Shown: in pieces, positions 49,252-57,005 of the stretch
Layout of the letters: each line of letters opens with the position of its first letter
How positions within the stretch are numbered: the stretch's first letter is position 1
NCBI GenBank assembly: GCA_963702895.1
Contig: OY969767.1
Span: 1,760,001 to 1,824,000 of the forward strand
DNA from: an uncultured Elusimicrobia bacterium
Lineage (GTDB): Bacteria > Elusimicrobiota > Elusimicrobia > 2-01-FULL-59-12
Length of the DNA: 64,000 nt
Reading direction: 5' to 3'
Translations under genes and position numbers: made by a program
The notes under the pieces: generated by a model
Databases searched by the model: none
The model's input: only the letters and a program-made list of their open reading frames with translations
Told to the model about the DNA's origin: nothing

Positions 49252-49745
49252 TCCTTCTTTTCTTTCTTGGGTGGAGCGCCGATCTCACCCAGCGCCCGGG
49301 CCGCCGCGGCGCGCACTGCGGGTTCCTGTTCACTGGCGACGATATCCGTGAGCCACTTGATGGCTTTTTTCTCACTAATCTTGCCGATCACGACCACCGA
49401 TTTTGCCTTGGCGCCCGCGCCCCACGTAAACTGCGGATTCACAAGGGCCTCCATCAAGCGCTTCACCGTAGCGTCTTGGTGAGCGGCCACAAGCGCTTTG
49501 ACAAGAGCCTCCTGGAGACCGGCATCGGAAGAAGCAATCAGCGCGGTTTCCAAGGGCATCACCGCTTGCTCAGCGGCATCCGGTACTTCGGAGAGCGCCC
49601 AGGCCGCGGCGCTGCTGACTTCGATATTGGCATCTTGCAAAGCCTTCACCAGGGCCTGGACCGTTGGCTTGGGAAGCCCTCCGGCATAGGCTTGGACCGT
49701 GATCCCTGCGGCGGCGACACAAACAGCGAAGGTTGATTTTTTCAT
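49248..49745 (-). CDS. Exported HEAT-repeat protein
   Basis: Signal peptide; AAAWALSE and VRAAAARALGEIG. Confidence 0.75.
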   Translation of the reverse strand: MKKSTFAVCVAAAGITVQAYAGGLPKPTVQALVKALQDANIEVSSAAAWALSEVPDAAEQAVMPLETALIASSDAGLQEALVKALVAAHQDATVKRLMEALVNPQFTWGAGAKAKSVVVIGKISEKKAIKWLTDIVASEQEPAVRAAAARALGEIGAPPKKEKKD

Positions 49746-49766
49746 GATGTCCCATGTTAGGATAGA

Positions 49767-50627
49767 TTGATGCGTAAAATCAACGCCGGGTCGTCGGCCA
49801 TCCTTTTCCTGTTGTGCCTAAGCGCCTGCAGTCCCCAGCGATATTTCTATTACCCCAACCGCGTCCTCTACGTTGATCCCGACAAGACCGGTCTCGACCC
49901 TGAACTCGTGCAGTATCCCAGCATCAACGGCAAGAAACTGACCGCCTTATTCTTTAAGACCGCCCAACGGCCAAAGGGCACGATTGTCCATTTCCATGGC
50001 AATCATGGGAATGTCTCCGGGCATTTCCCTTATGCAACCTTTTTATTGAAGTACGGGTATGATCTGCTGGCCTTTGATTACCAGGGCTACGGAGCGTCGG
50101 AGGGGAAGCCAACACCACAACATCTGGTCGAGGATGGAATCAGTTCTGTTCGCCATGCTCAGAAACATCTCCGCGATCCACAGACGGGTGTTGGCATCCT
50201 GGGACAGTCGCTTGGCGGCGCGGCCGCCTTGGTGGTGAGCGCCCAAGAGCCGCTTGTGAAAGCGGCGGTCATCGAGTCCGCCTTTTCCAGCCACGCTTCC
50301 ATGGCCCGCGCCGCGCTGGGGCGACATATTCTCACTTGGCCTCTCTACCCCTTCATGCCGTTCATGATGAACCGATCTTGTGATCCTATTCGGTTTGCTG
50401 ACAAAGTGGCCCCGCGACCTCTTTACTTTCTTCATGGGGATCAAGACAAGATCATTCCTGTCTCGATGAGCCGGGTGCTTTTTGAGCGGGCGCGGGAACC
50501 CAAAAAACTATGGATTGTTCCGGGCGCCGGGCATCTTGAGATCCGGAAGAAGATCGGAACGGACTACGAGAAGTCGATCGCGGCGTTCTTTGACGAGGCG
50601 CTCTCTACAGGTAATAAACCAAACTGA
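49767..50627 (+). CDS. Alpha/beta hydrolase lipoprotein (YfhR-like; ATG at 49770)
   Basis: LSAC lipobox, HFHGN, DYQGYG.S.G, GQSLGG, HG.QD, GAGH. Confidence 0.88.
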   Translation: MMRKINAGSSAILFLLCLSACSPQRYFYYPNRVLYVDPDKTGLDPELVQYPSINGKKLTALFFKTAQRPKGTIVHFHGNHGNVSGHFPYATFLLKYGYDLLAFDYQGYGASEGKPTPQHLVEDGISSVRHAQKHLRDPQTGVGILGQSLGGAAALVVSAQEPLVKAAVIESAFSSHASMARAALGRHILTWPLYPFMPFMMNRSCDPIRFADKVAPRPLYFLHGDQDKIIPVSMSRVLFERAREPKKLWIVPGAGHLEIRKKIGTDYEKSIAAFFDEALSTGNKPN

Positions 50628-52464
50628 ACAGGGCTTCCTTGTTGGAGTTTAAGCGCTCAAGCTTCACGCGAAGCTCGAAGTCCTTGGCTACCGTGAGGCT
50701 TTGCACAAGACTCCATTTCACCGTGGCAGGAGTTCCCCCCACCGCATAAGGGAAATACGCTGACGAAAGACTCATCCGCCAGAGCTTGACGGGATAGAGC
50801 AGCAGTCCTCCGGAAGGACCACCGCCGAAGCGCACCCAATTCTCGTACATGTGCCCCAACTCAAGCGTCATTTCGACCATGCCGTAAAGAAGGGCTTTGT
50901 CGCTTCCAAAAAGCCTAACGGTGTACCCGGGACCGAGATTCAAACCGTAAGAGAGACTGTGTTCGGGGTCTCGGTCGAGGTCCCCGGCTACAGCGAACCC
51001 CGAGTTCACTTTCCACGAGGGCGGGTGGATCCAGCGGTCATAGGGAACGATGGAGACCATATCGATCAAAGAAAACTGCTGAACATAAAACTCGCTCCGG
51101 TCGTTGTCCATCCGCAACTTCAGGTGAAACATCTCAAGCTTACTCCCGGGCAGATAGCCTTCTGCCGGATCTTCTTGATCGTGAATGGCCGGGCGCAGCG
51201 AAAGCTCTTCAAAATGAGACCTGTTCGAAACGCCGTAGGAGAGTCCGATCCTCCCTGATTTGTGCCCCTGGTCTGGCGGGACCACGGTCCCGAGGGCTTC
51301 TTGCCCAGCTGGCTGGGTTGGCGGCAACTGGCTTCTGGCCTGAAGGAGGAGGTGCTCCTTTTCCTTGAGACTTTCGGACTGGTCGCGCGAAAACCCGTGC
51401 TTGTATCGGAAAAGGTCATGCGCGGACTCAAGGACAAGAGCCTGCCGCTCGGGTGGTAGAGCGAGGAAGTCGGCCGTTTTGACCTCGTCTGGCTCGGCGT
51501 AGACCTGTTCCGCAAGCATCACCTCCGCTTCCTTGAGGCGAGCGCGGGCCGCGAGCATCCGCTTGGCATGCGAGGGGCGGAGCACGGAGGCTGTTCCCCC
51601 AACTTGACCAGAGGTGGCCACGCGAAGCGTGTCCGCTGGAATCGTCTTCAACAGGAAACTGCTTTTATAGTCTTTTGATGGATCCGCCACTTCAAGGAGC
51701 GGCATGAGGTAATAGGAGCAATTCTTATTGAGAAAAAAGTAGCGTAGCCGGGCATTGCCGAGCTCCCAAAGGTGATCGATGAGGCGCGCGATCGCAGGCG
51801 TAGAAAGCCGCAGATCATATTCCCAAAGGTCCCGGGACTCGAGGTTCGAGTATTCCTGGACTTTCATGTAATAGGGAAATGTCGAGAACCGGCCGTGGTA
51901 GCCTCCCAGGAGGCCTTTCACCGCAAAGAGCAGGCCGGAATCCCCCTCAAGGTCTGCGGCAAAGTTGACGACATAGTTCATCAGTTCATTTTCTTTCCCC
52001 GCCTTTTTCCTGAGCAGCAAAAAGGTATGGCCATACATGGAGGAAGGATTGCTCATGTATGAGGAAGCAAAGACGAGCGCAACCTCTTGCGGAAGCATCT
52101 GGTCTTTCCACTTCTGGTAACGCTCGCAAGCGGGGTGCGCTAGGGCGGCGGGATCGAGGCCGAGCTGCTCCCGCAGCCATTGGAAACGGGCAGGATAGCG
52201 GCAGATGGCATGCTGAAGGGTCGTGTCGGAAGGAGATGGCGCGAAAAAGGCTCCCAGCGTCGCGAAAAGCTCTGCTCGTGGATCACGCCGACCGCCGCGA
52301 GAAACAAAAAAAGAGGCATCATCAATTTCGCTCTGATAACGACCGAGCAAGTTCGTTCGGTAATGGAGAAGTCTTAACCAGTAGGGGTGGGAATCCAGAC
52401 GCAACGCCAGAGCTTTCTCCTGAAGGGACTCCAGAGCGTTGGAAGCAAAAGCGGGCTGGATCAT
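50605..52464 (-). CDS. DUF4105 (Lnb-like) protein with C-terminal beta-barrel
   Basis: W..LLHY, CRYPAR, SMYGHT, ESRDLWEY, YFFLNKNCS. Confidence 0.82.
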   Translation of the reverse strand: MIQPAFASNALESLQEKALALRLDSHPYWLRLLHYRTNLLGRYQSEIDDASFFVSRGGRRDPRAELFATLGAFFAPSPSDTTLQHAICRYPARFQWLREQLGLDPAALAHPACERYQKWKDQMLPQEVALVFASSYMSNPSSMYGHTFLLLRKKAGKENELMNYVVNFAADLEGDSGLLFAVKGLLGGYHGRFSTFPYYMKVQEYSNLESRDLWEYDLRLSTPAIARLIDHLWELGNARLRYFFLNKNCSYYLMPLLEVADPSKDYKSSFLLKTIPADTLRVATSGQVGGTASVLRPSHAKRMLAARARLKEAEVMLAEQVYAEPDEVKTADFLALPPERQALVLESAHDLFRYKHGFSRDQSESLKEKEHLLLQARSQLPPTQPAGQEALGTVVPPDQGHKSGRIGLSYGVSNRSHFEELSLRPAIHDQEDPAEGYLPGSKLEMFHLKLRMDNDRSEFYVQQFSLIDMVSIVPYDRWIHPPSWKVNSGFAVAGDLDRDPEHSLSYGLNLGPGYTVRLFGSDKALLYGMVEMTLELGHMYENWVRFGGGPSGGLLLYPVKLWRMSLSSAYFPYAVGGTPATVKWSLVQSLTVAKDFELRVKLERLNSNKEALFSLVYYL

Positions 52465-52515
52465 CAGGAGGACGATCCAACCCGCTCTTTGAAGCGAACG
52501 GAATGACAGGGTGAC

Positions 52516-52998
52516 TTAGCCCAACAGTTCCGGATGCTGCGAGAGGCGCTCCGTGAGCGTTTCGAGCATCTGCGCAGACGTTGTATCTGACGTTGGGAAG
52601 AGCGTCTGATACTCGGCCTGGAAGAAGCGAACCATCTGAGGACGCGTTGTTTCTGTAGCCCCTAGAAGAGAGGCGAGCGTGTCCACATATTCGCCTTGAC
52701 CGGAAGCCATTTCCAGTCGTAGGGAGTCAAAATTCACATCGACATAGACTTCTGTCGCTCGCACAATTTTGACAGCACCGTCTTGCGTGCAGCCTGATGT
52801 ACCGGAGCTGATACCAAATGTTTGATTGCCAAAAGTACCATTGGTAGTGGCTCCTAATACTTGCATGACTTTGTCGTTTTCCTTACTACCAAGCAGGATA
52901 TACCCTAATCCGCATCCGGCCATCGGATGATTGCCAGCCGCCAGCGCCAGGCTTGGGACAAGACCTGCAAGAACTACAAGTGCGATAATCTTCTTCAT
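52516..52998 (-). CDS. DUF3015 family exported protein
   Basis: AGCGLG, ATTNGTFGNQTFGISSGTSGC, MASGQGE; start at MKKIIAL. Confidence 0.85.
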   Translation of the reverse strand: MKKIIALVVLAGLVPSLALAAGNHPMAGCGLGYILLGSKENDKVMQVLGATTNGTFGNQTFGISSGTSGCTQDGAVKIVRATEVYVDVNFDSLRLEMASGQGEYVDTLASLLGATETTRPQMVRFFQAEYQTLFPTSDTTSAQMLETLTERLSQHPELLG

Positions 52999-53081
52999 GA
53001 TTCCTCCGTTATATGATTTCTGGAACACCCAGGGCCATAATACAAAAAAGTCCATGCGTCGGTGAGCTATTCACAAGCTGA

Positions 53082-53201
53082 AAGGGTCGCACTCCCGGGG
53101 CAGGACTCGGGCGCCACACATCAGGCGCCCGCCCGACCGTCGTGTGTCGGGCGAACCTGCAACCCTGCGAGGATGTTCTTCAATGCACGTCGGCCATTGC
53201 C
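53082..53201 (-). repeat. Direct repeat copy 1 (GIY-YIG 3' end, tRNA-Asn 3' fragment with double hairpin, trailer)
   Basis: 120 nt matching 53394-53513 with one mismatch (53120 vs 53432). Confidence 0.9.
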
Positions 53202-53381
53202 GCTTTTTAGATACTTTTCACGTTTAAGCGCTTCGTGAAGAGTCGGCCAGGGTTCCTTGAAGACCAACTGATAGGTGCGCTTGTTAGTCTTGTGTTCTGC
53301 TAATCGACGAATAAGATCTTCGGTTAAACCAGTATAGAGCTTGCCCGTTTTCTGACACCGAAGGATATAGATCCAGTACAT
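53121..53381 (-). CDS. Small GIY-YIG nuclease (86 aa), copy 1
   Basis: MYWIYILRC..LYTG.TEDL.RRL.EH..ALKREKYLKSGNGR; ATG at 53381. Confidence 0.88.
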   Translation of the reverse strand: MYWIYILRCQKTGKLYTGLTEDLIRRLAEHKTNKRTYQLVFKEPWPTLHEALKREKYLKSGNGRRALKNILAGLQVRPTHDGRAGA

Positions 53382-53393
53382 TTCAAAACACTG

Positions 53394-53513
53394 AAGGGTC
53401 GCACTCCCGGGGCAGGACTCGGGCGCCACACGTCAGGCGCCCGCCCGACCGTCGTGTGTCGGGCGAACCTGCAACCCTGCGAGGATGTTCTTCAATGCAC
53501 GTCGGCCATTGCC
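53394..53513 (-). repeat. Direct repeat copy 2 (GIY-YIG 3' end, tRNA-Asn 3' fragment with double hairpin, trailer)
   Basis: Matches 53082-53201 at a 312-nt offset. Confidence 0.9.
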
Positions 53514-53693
53514 AGACTTTAGATACGCTTCTCGGCGCTGTGCTTCGGATTTGCTCGTACGAGCTTCCTTGTGGACTAACTCGTAGTATGGCTTCTTGAC
53601 TCTATGTTCGGCAAGACGTCGGTCTAAGTTTTCGGCGAAACCGACATACAACTTGTGAGTACCTTTACACCGAAGAATATAAACCCAGTACAT
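53433..53693 (-). CDS. Small GIY-YIG nuclease (86 aa), copy 2
   Basis: MYWVYILRC..LYVG..NL.RRL.EH..AQRREAYLKSGNGR. Confidence 0.88.
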   Translation of the reverse strand: MYWVYILRCKGTHKLYVGFAENLDRRLAEHRVKKPYYELVHKEARTSKSEAQRREAYLKSGNGRRALKNILAGLQVRPTHDGRAGA

Positions 53694-53724
53694 TCCTAGA
53701 GTGTCTAGAGAGTAAAGGGTCGCA

Positions 53725-53796
53725 CTCCCGGGGCAGGACTCGAACCTGCAACCCTCCCGTTAACAGCGGGATGCTCCACCATTGAGCTACCCGGGA
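53725..53796 (-). tRNA. tRNA-Asn (GTT), no encoded CCA
   Basis: TCCCGGG TA GCTC AATGGTG GAGC A TCCCG CTGTTAA CGGGA GGGTT GCAGG TTCGAGT CCTGC CCCGGGA G folds as a full cloverleaf. Confidence 0.95.
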
Positions 53797-53823
53797 GTGC
53801 GACCCTCATTGTCATTCTATCTT

Positions 53824-54018
53824 GGCAGGACTCGGGCGCCACACTACAGGCGCCCGCCCGCCTGTTGTCTGGCGGGCGAACCTGCAACCCTCCCGTTAAC
53901 AGCGGGATGCTCCACCATTGTCCGCCACTACGACTATGGCGGATCCGCCGAAGCCGCAGTGGCGGAAGCTCCGCCACACTTCAGGCGGATGCGCCTGCCT
54001 TGTGGCGCATACCCGGGA
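53824..54018 (-). pseudogene. Interrupted tRNA-Asn copy carrying three double-hairpin insertions and lacking most of the 3' acceptor strand
   Basis: Removing 53834-53877, 53921-53966 and 53970-54009 restores sequence identical to the intact tRNA from its 5' end through the T-stem. Confidence 0.9.
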
Positions 54019-54243
54019 GTGCGACCCTCAAAGTCATTCTATCTTGGCAGGACTCGGGCGCCAGGCGCTAACCCGTTAGGCTATGATTGTATCTTGGCTT
54101 TTAAGCTTTGAGGGGTGATTGTAGAAAAAATGTTGATTTCTCCACAAAAACCGGGGGCCCATAAATCATGGAGGCCTATTGGGAGTGGGAATTTAGCCTC
54201 TTGGTCTATAGCAAGCACGAGGAAGATAAGACATAAACATGGT

Positions 54244-54492
54244 ATGCAAAGACAATCTTGTTTGCGGTGTCACGGACATTTACAGGCGAAAAGCGTAGAG
54301 CATCCCTACTGGAACGGCTCGAAGCTTGTGGCGCTCATTGAGGACGTTCCCTCACTCGTCTGTGAGACCTGCGGATTTCAGCACTTCGAGGAGAACGTCG
54401 AATCCAGCCTTCAGACCCTGGTCCAAGACTACATTAAAATGGGGACCCTGTTCCCCATTCCGAAAACGTCTTACCGAAATCTGTCGTCCTAA
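54244..54492 (+). CDS. YgiT-type zinc-finger protein (MqsA-like antitoxin N-domain)
   Basis: CLRC..IEDVP..VCETCG; start at MQRQSC. Confidence 0.8.
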   Translation: MQRQSCLRCHGHLQAKSVEHPYWNGSKLVALIEDVPSLVCETCGFQHFEENVESSLQTLVQDYIKMGTLFPIPKTSYRNLSS

Positions 54493-54496
54493 ATTC

Positions 54497-54532
54497 CAAA
54501 CCCGCGGCGATCCTATGAAAGGCAGTGCTTAG
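54497..54532. repeat. Solo terminal repeat of MITE-like element B
   Basis: CAAACCCGCGGCGATCCTATGAAAGGCAG..CTTAG is near-identical to the ends of 34268-34539. Confidence 0.8.
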
Positions 54533-56730
54533 AGGGATTCGGCTTTCGTGCGGATCGCTTCGATTTGGGGGACGAGCAAGCGTCGGCCCATTTTTTCGAT
54601 CACCCAATTCATCGTGCGTCCGGTGGGCACGAGGTTGACGTGGAACGCCATGCGAGATTCGGCGGTGACAGGGTCCGAGGTGATCTGAAACGAACCTCTC
54701 AGGCTCTCAAAGTCTCCGGCAATCCGCTCAAACTGAAGGGCATGTTCTTGTGGGTGCTCCATCACACGCAGATGGAGATTGACCTTGAAGACAAAGAACA
54801 TGAACCGCGTCAAATAGACCGCATGCACAATGGTCGATGCCCCGTCCTGCCCTTCCCGTTCGCTCGCCAGCATATCGGGAACGAACTGCTTGAGGTGGTC
54901 ATAGCCCGTAACGATTTCCCAGATCTTCTGAGGGCTGGCGCGGCTGGTGGCTTGAACCACGAAGATCCGTTGGCGGCCAGAACCCGTTTCCATCCGGCAA
55001 TCGACAGCGCTCCCCTTGAGGGGCGCTCGAGCCGGCGCGGCTTTTTCATCCTTGGCAGGCGTCGCGACCTTCTTGGCTTCCGTAAGGCGCGCTGCGCTTT
55101 GGCCTGATGGGACGGTCGCGGACAATGGATCGGAACCCAGGCGCGGATCGTGGGTCAGCTTCTTGTGAACGAGCGCCAAGCCATAGGCCTGCGCCACACG
55201 CGAAAGAGCCGCCGTCGTGTAGAGCTTGGCGTATTGCCGCACCACCGTATCCAAGGCGAGAGGCGAAGCGCCCGGCTGGGCCGCCATCACCAGTTCTTCG
55301 GTGTCTTTGGCGATGGGACGGCGTTCCTCGGGAGGAATGCGGGACTCATCAAAGAACGCATGCAAGGTGTTCGAACGGACCTGGTCTTGGCCTCCTGGCT
55401 CCACCGAGCCTCGCTCAAGGTCCGCTGAAAACGCAAAGTGGAGCGGTCGTTTGGGCGCCCCATCCGGCTCACGGCCACCGGAGAAGCTTAGACGCACCTC
55501 ATAGAGGGGGCCCTCCATCAAGGAAGCGCTCCAGTCGAGGTCGTTATAGAGATAGACTCTCTTCCCTGTTTCGAAAGCGGTGGAATACTCCCGGTCACGA
55601 AGGATTTGCATCAAAATCTCCGTGTTTCGATCCATGGTTCGCAGGCCGCCGTAAATGCGGTTTCGCTGGACCTGGCGAATGGCCTGTTCCTCTTGCGAGG
55701 TCCATAAACTTTTCTCCGCGCGCCGCTTGGTCGTAACCGGCGATTGAAGAGGTGCCGAGTGCCGGCGCTGCAAGGGGGCAGCCTCCGCGATCACGTGAAA
55801 GGGCACTTCTTCGGTTTTCGTGTCAAGTTCAGGTGACGGCGTGTGTGCTTCTGTCTTGGGGGCCGCGCTTGCGCCCGTCAAGGCAACTGGCGGAACAACG
55901 GACTTCGCTTTGGCGCGAGAGGCCTTCGAAGACCTCTTGCGCTTGGCCTTAAGATGGGTGGAGCTCCCCCTGGAAGGCACAGGGGACAAGGGCGGCGCCA
56001 CCAGGACAGGGGTTGGTGGAACAACGTGGCGCTTCTTCCATGATCGCACTCCCAAGAAGGACCCTCCGGCCAATATCGCAAGACCCGCGACCAGCGCAAT
56101 CAGTTTGGGTAGCGGGATATCCACGGTGGGGGCCCCCGGTACGCTGACATCGATCCTGCCTCGATCCTGCGATACGGGCATCGAGGCCGATGCCTTGGGT
56201 GGCTCGTGTCGTGCTTCGACCGGAGTGGCTTTTTCTTCGACAATCATGGAAGGTGGAGCACCTTTCAAAACGTCCCCACATTTCATACAGAGAGCCACAT
56301 CGCGTGGGTTCCTAAAGCCGCACGCTTCACAAAGATTCCGAAGCTCAAGCTCTGGGCTGCTGGACGCCGCGCGAGCGGGTCCCGGAGAAACCGCGGGCAC
56401 CTCCGGAGACGGATCACTTTTCTTGGCCTCGAGGGTTGAGCCGAGCCAGTCCAAGTTGGGCTCTGAAAGAGTCACTTCTTCGATGATGGGAACGGGCGGC
56501 GGAGGCTCCCATTGGGGGGCCGCGTTACCTGCGTCAAGAGCGAAGGAATTCGGATGCGGCGGGGAGAGCAAATAGGATTTGATCTCAATCACTTCATCCG
56601 CCATGCGCCAGACTTGAGCGCCTTCTTCGCAGACCTGTGTCAAGAGATTAAACCCTGACACTTTGCTCAAGGATGCAACGTCCATTGGACCCTGGACTTG
56701 ATCGCCGATGTAGACCCAAAATCGAGGCAT
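54529..56730 (-). CDS. Membrane-anchored protein: GYF_2/DUF4339-like, zinc ribbon, TM and C-terminal SRPBCC domain
   Basis: FWVY..QVQGP..W; CEAC..CMKC; hydrophobic helix; IWEIVTGYDHLKQFVPD..GDFESLRGSF. Confidence 0.7.
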   Translation of the reverse strand: MPRFWVYIGDQVQGPMDVASLSKVSGFNLLTQVCEEGAQVWRMADEVIEIKSYLLSPPHPNSFALDAGNAAPQWEPPPPVPIIEEVTLSEPNLDWLGSTLEAKKSDPSPEVPAVSPGPARAASSSPELELRNLCEACGFRNPRDVALCMKCGDVLKGAPPSMIVEEKATPVEARHEPPKASASMPVSQDRGRIDVSVPGAPTVDIPLPKLIALVAGLAILAGGSFLGVRSWKKRHVVPPTPVLVAPPLSPVPSRGSSTHLKAKRKRSSKASRAKAKSVVPPVALTGASAAPKTEAHTPSPELDTKTEEVPFHVIAEAAPLQRRHSAPLQSPVTTKRRAEKSLWTSQEEQAIRQVQRNRIYGGLRTMDRNTEILMQILRDREYSTAFETGKRVYLYNDLDWSASLMEGPLYEVRLSFSGGREPDGAPKRPLHFAFSADLERGSVEPGGQDQVRSNTLHAFFDESRIPPEERRPIAKDTEELVMAAQPGASPLALDTVVRQYAKLYTTAALSRVAQAYGLALVHKKLTHDPRLGSDPLSATVPSGQSAARLTEAKKVATPAKDEKAAPARAPLKGSAVDCRMETGSGRQRIFVVQATSRASPQKIWEIVTGYDHLKQFVPDMLASEREGQDGASTIVHAVYLTRFMFFVFKVNLHLRVMEHPQEHALQFERIAGDFESLRGSFQITSDPVTAESRMAFHVNLVPTGRTMNWVIEKMGRRLLVPQIEAIRTKAESL

Positions 56731-56807
56731 GTCGATTGCACCAAGTCTAGAGCGTGTTTTAGCGATTTTAAAGGGGTTTTTTACATCCCACCTCTGGACT
56801 TGACTGT

Positions 56808-56958
56808 CCCCTCTCCCGACGGGAGGCGGGAGAGGGCGGTCGCCAGTCGTCTAGCGACCGGGTGAGGGCTCGGCGTGCCCTCATCCTAGCCTTCTCCCAC
56901 CTTCGGCGGGAGAAGGGAGATTTTTTTCTACCTCTCCCACGTTCCGCGGGAGAGGGAT
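56808..56958. repeat. Cluster of CCCTCTCCC..GGGAGAGGG REP-like palindromes
   Basis: CCCTCTCCC..GGGAGAGGG, GGGTGAGGG..CCCTCATCC, CCTTCTCCC..GGGAGAAGG, CCTCTCCC..GGGAGAGG. Confidence 0.75.
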
Positions 56959-57005
56959 CACATGGGCATCCGAATCATCCAGTTGAGTCTTGCGGCAGAA
57001 GCCTT

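Noticed and set aside
53082..54068. tRNA-derived repeats as a CRISPR-like array or a spliced tRNA with introns
   Set aside because: Units are tRNA fragments separated by ORFs, not short spacers. The inserts are far too short for group I/II introns, and the interrupted copy lacks most of its 3' acceptor strand.
53705..54111. Short ORFs across the tRNA region (53705-53977, 53782-54111)
   Set aside because: Translations of tRNA and hairpin sequence.
54244..54492. Complete toxin-antitoxin module
   Set aside because: Only the YgiT-type zinc finger is present; no upstream toxin ORF is recognisable.
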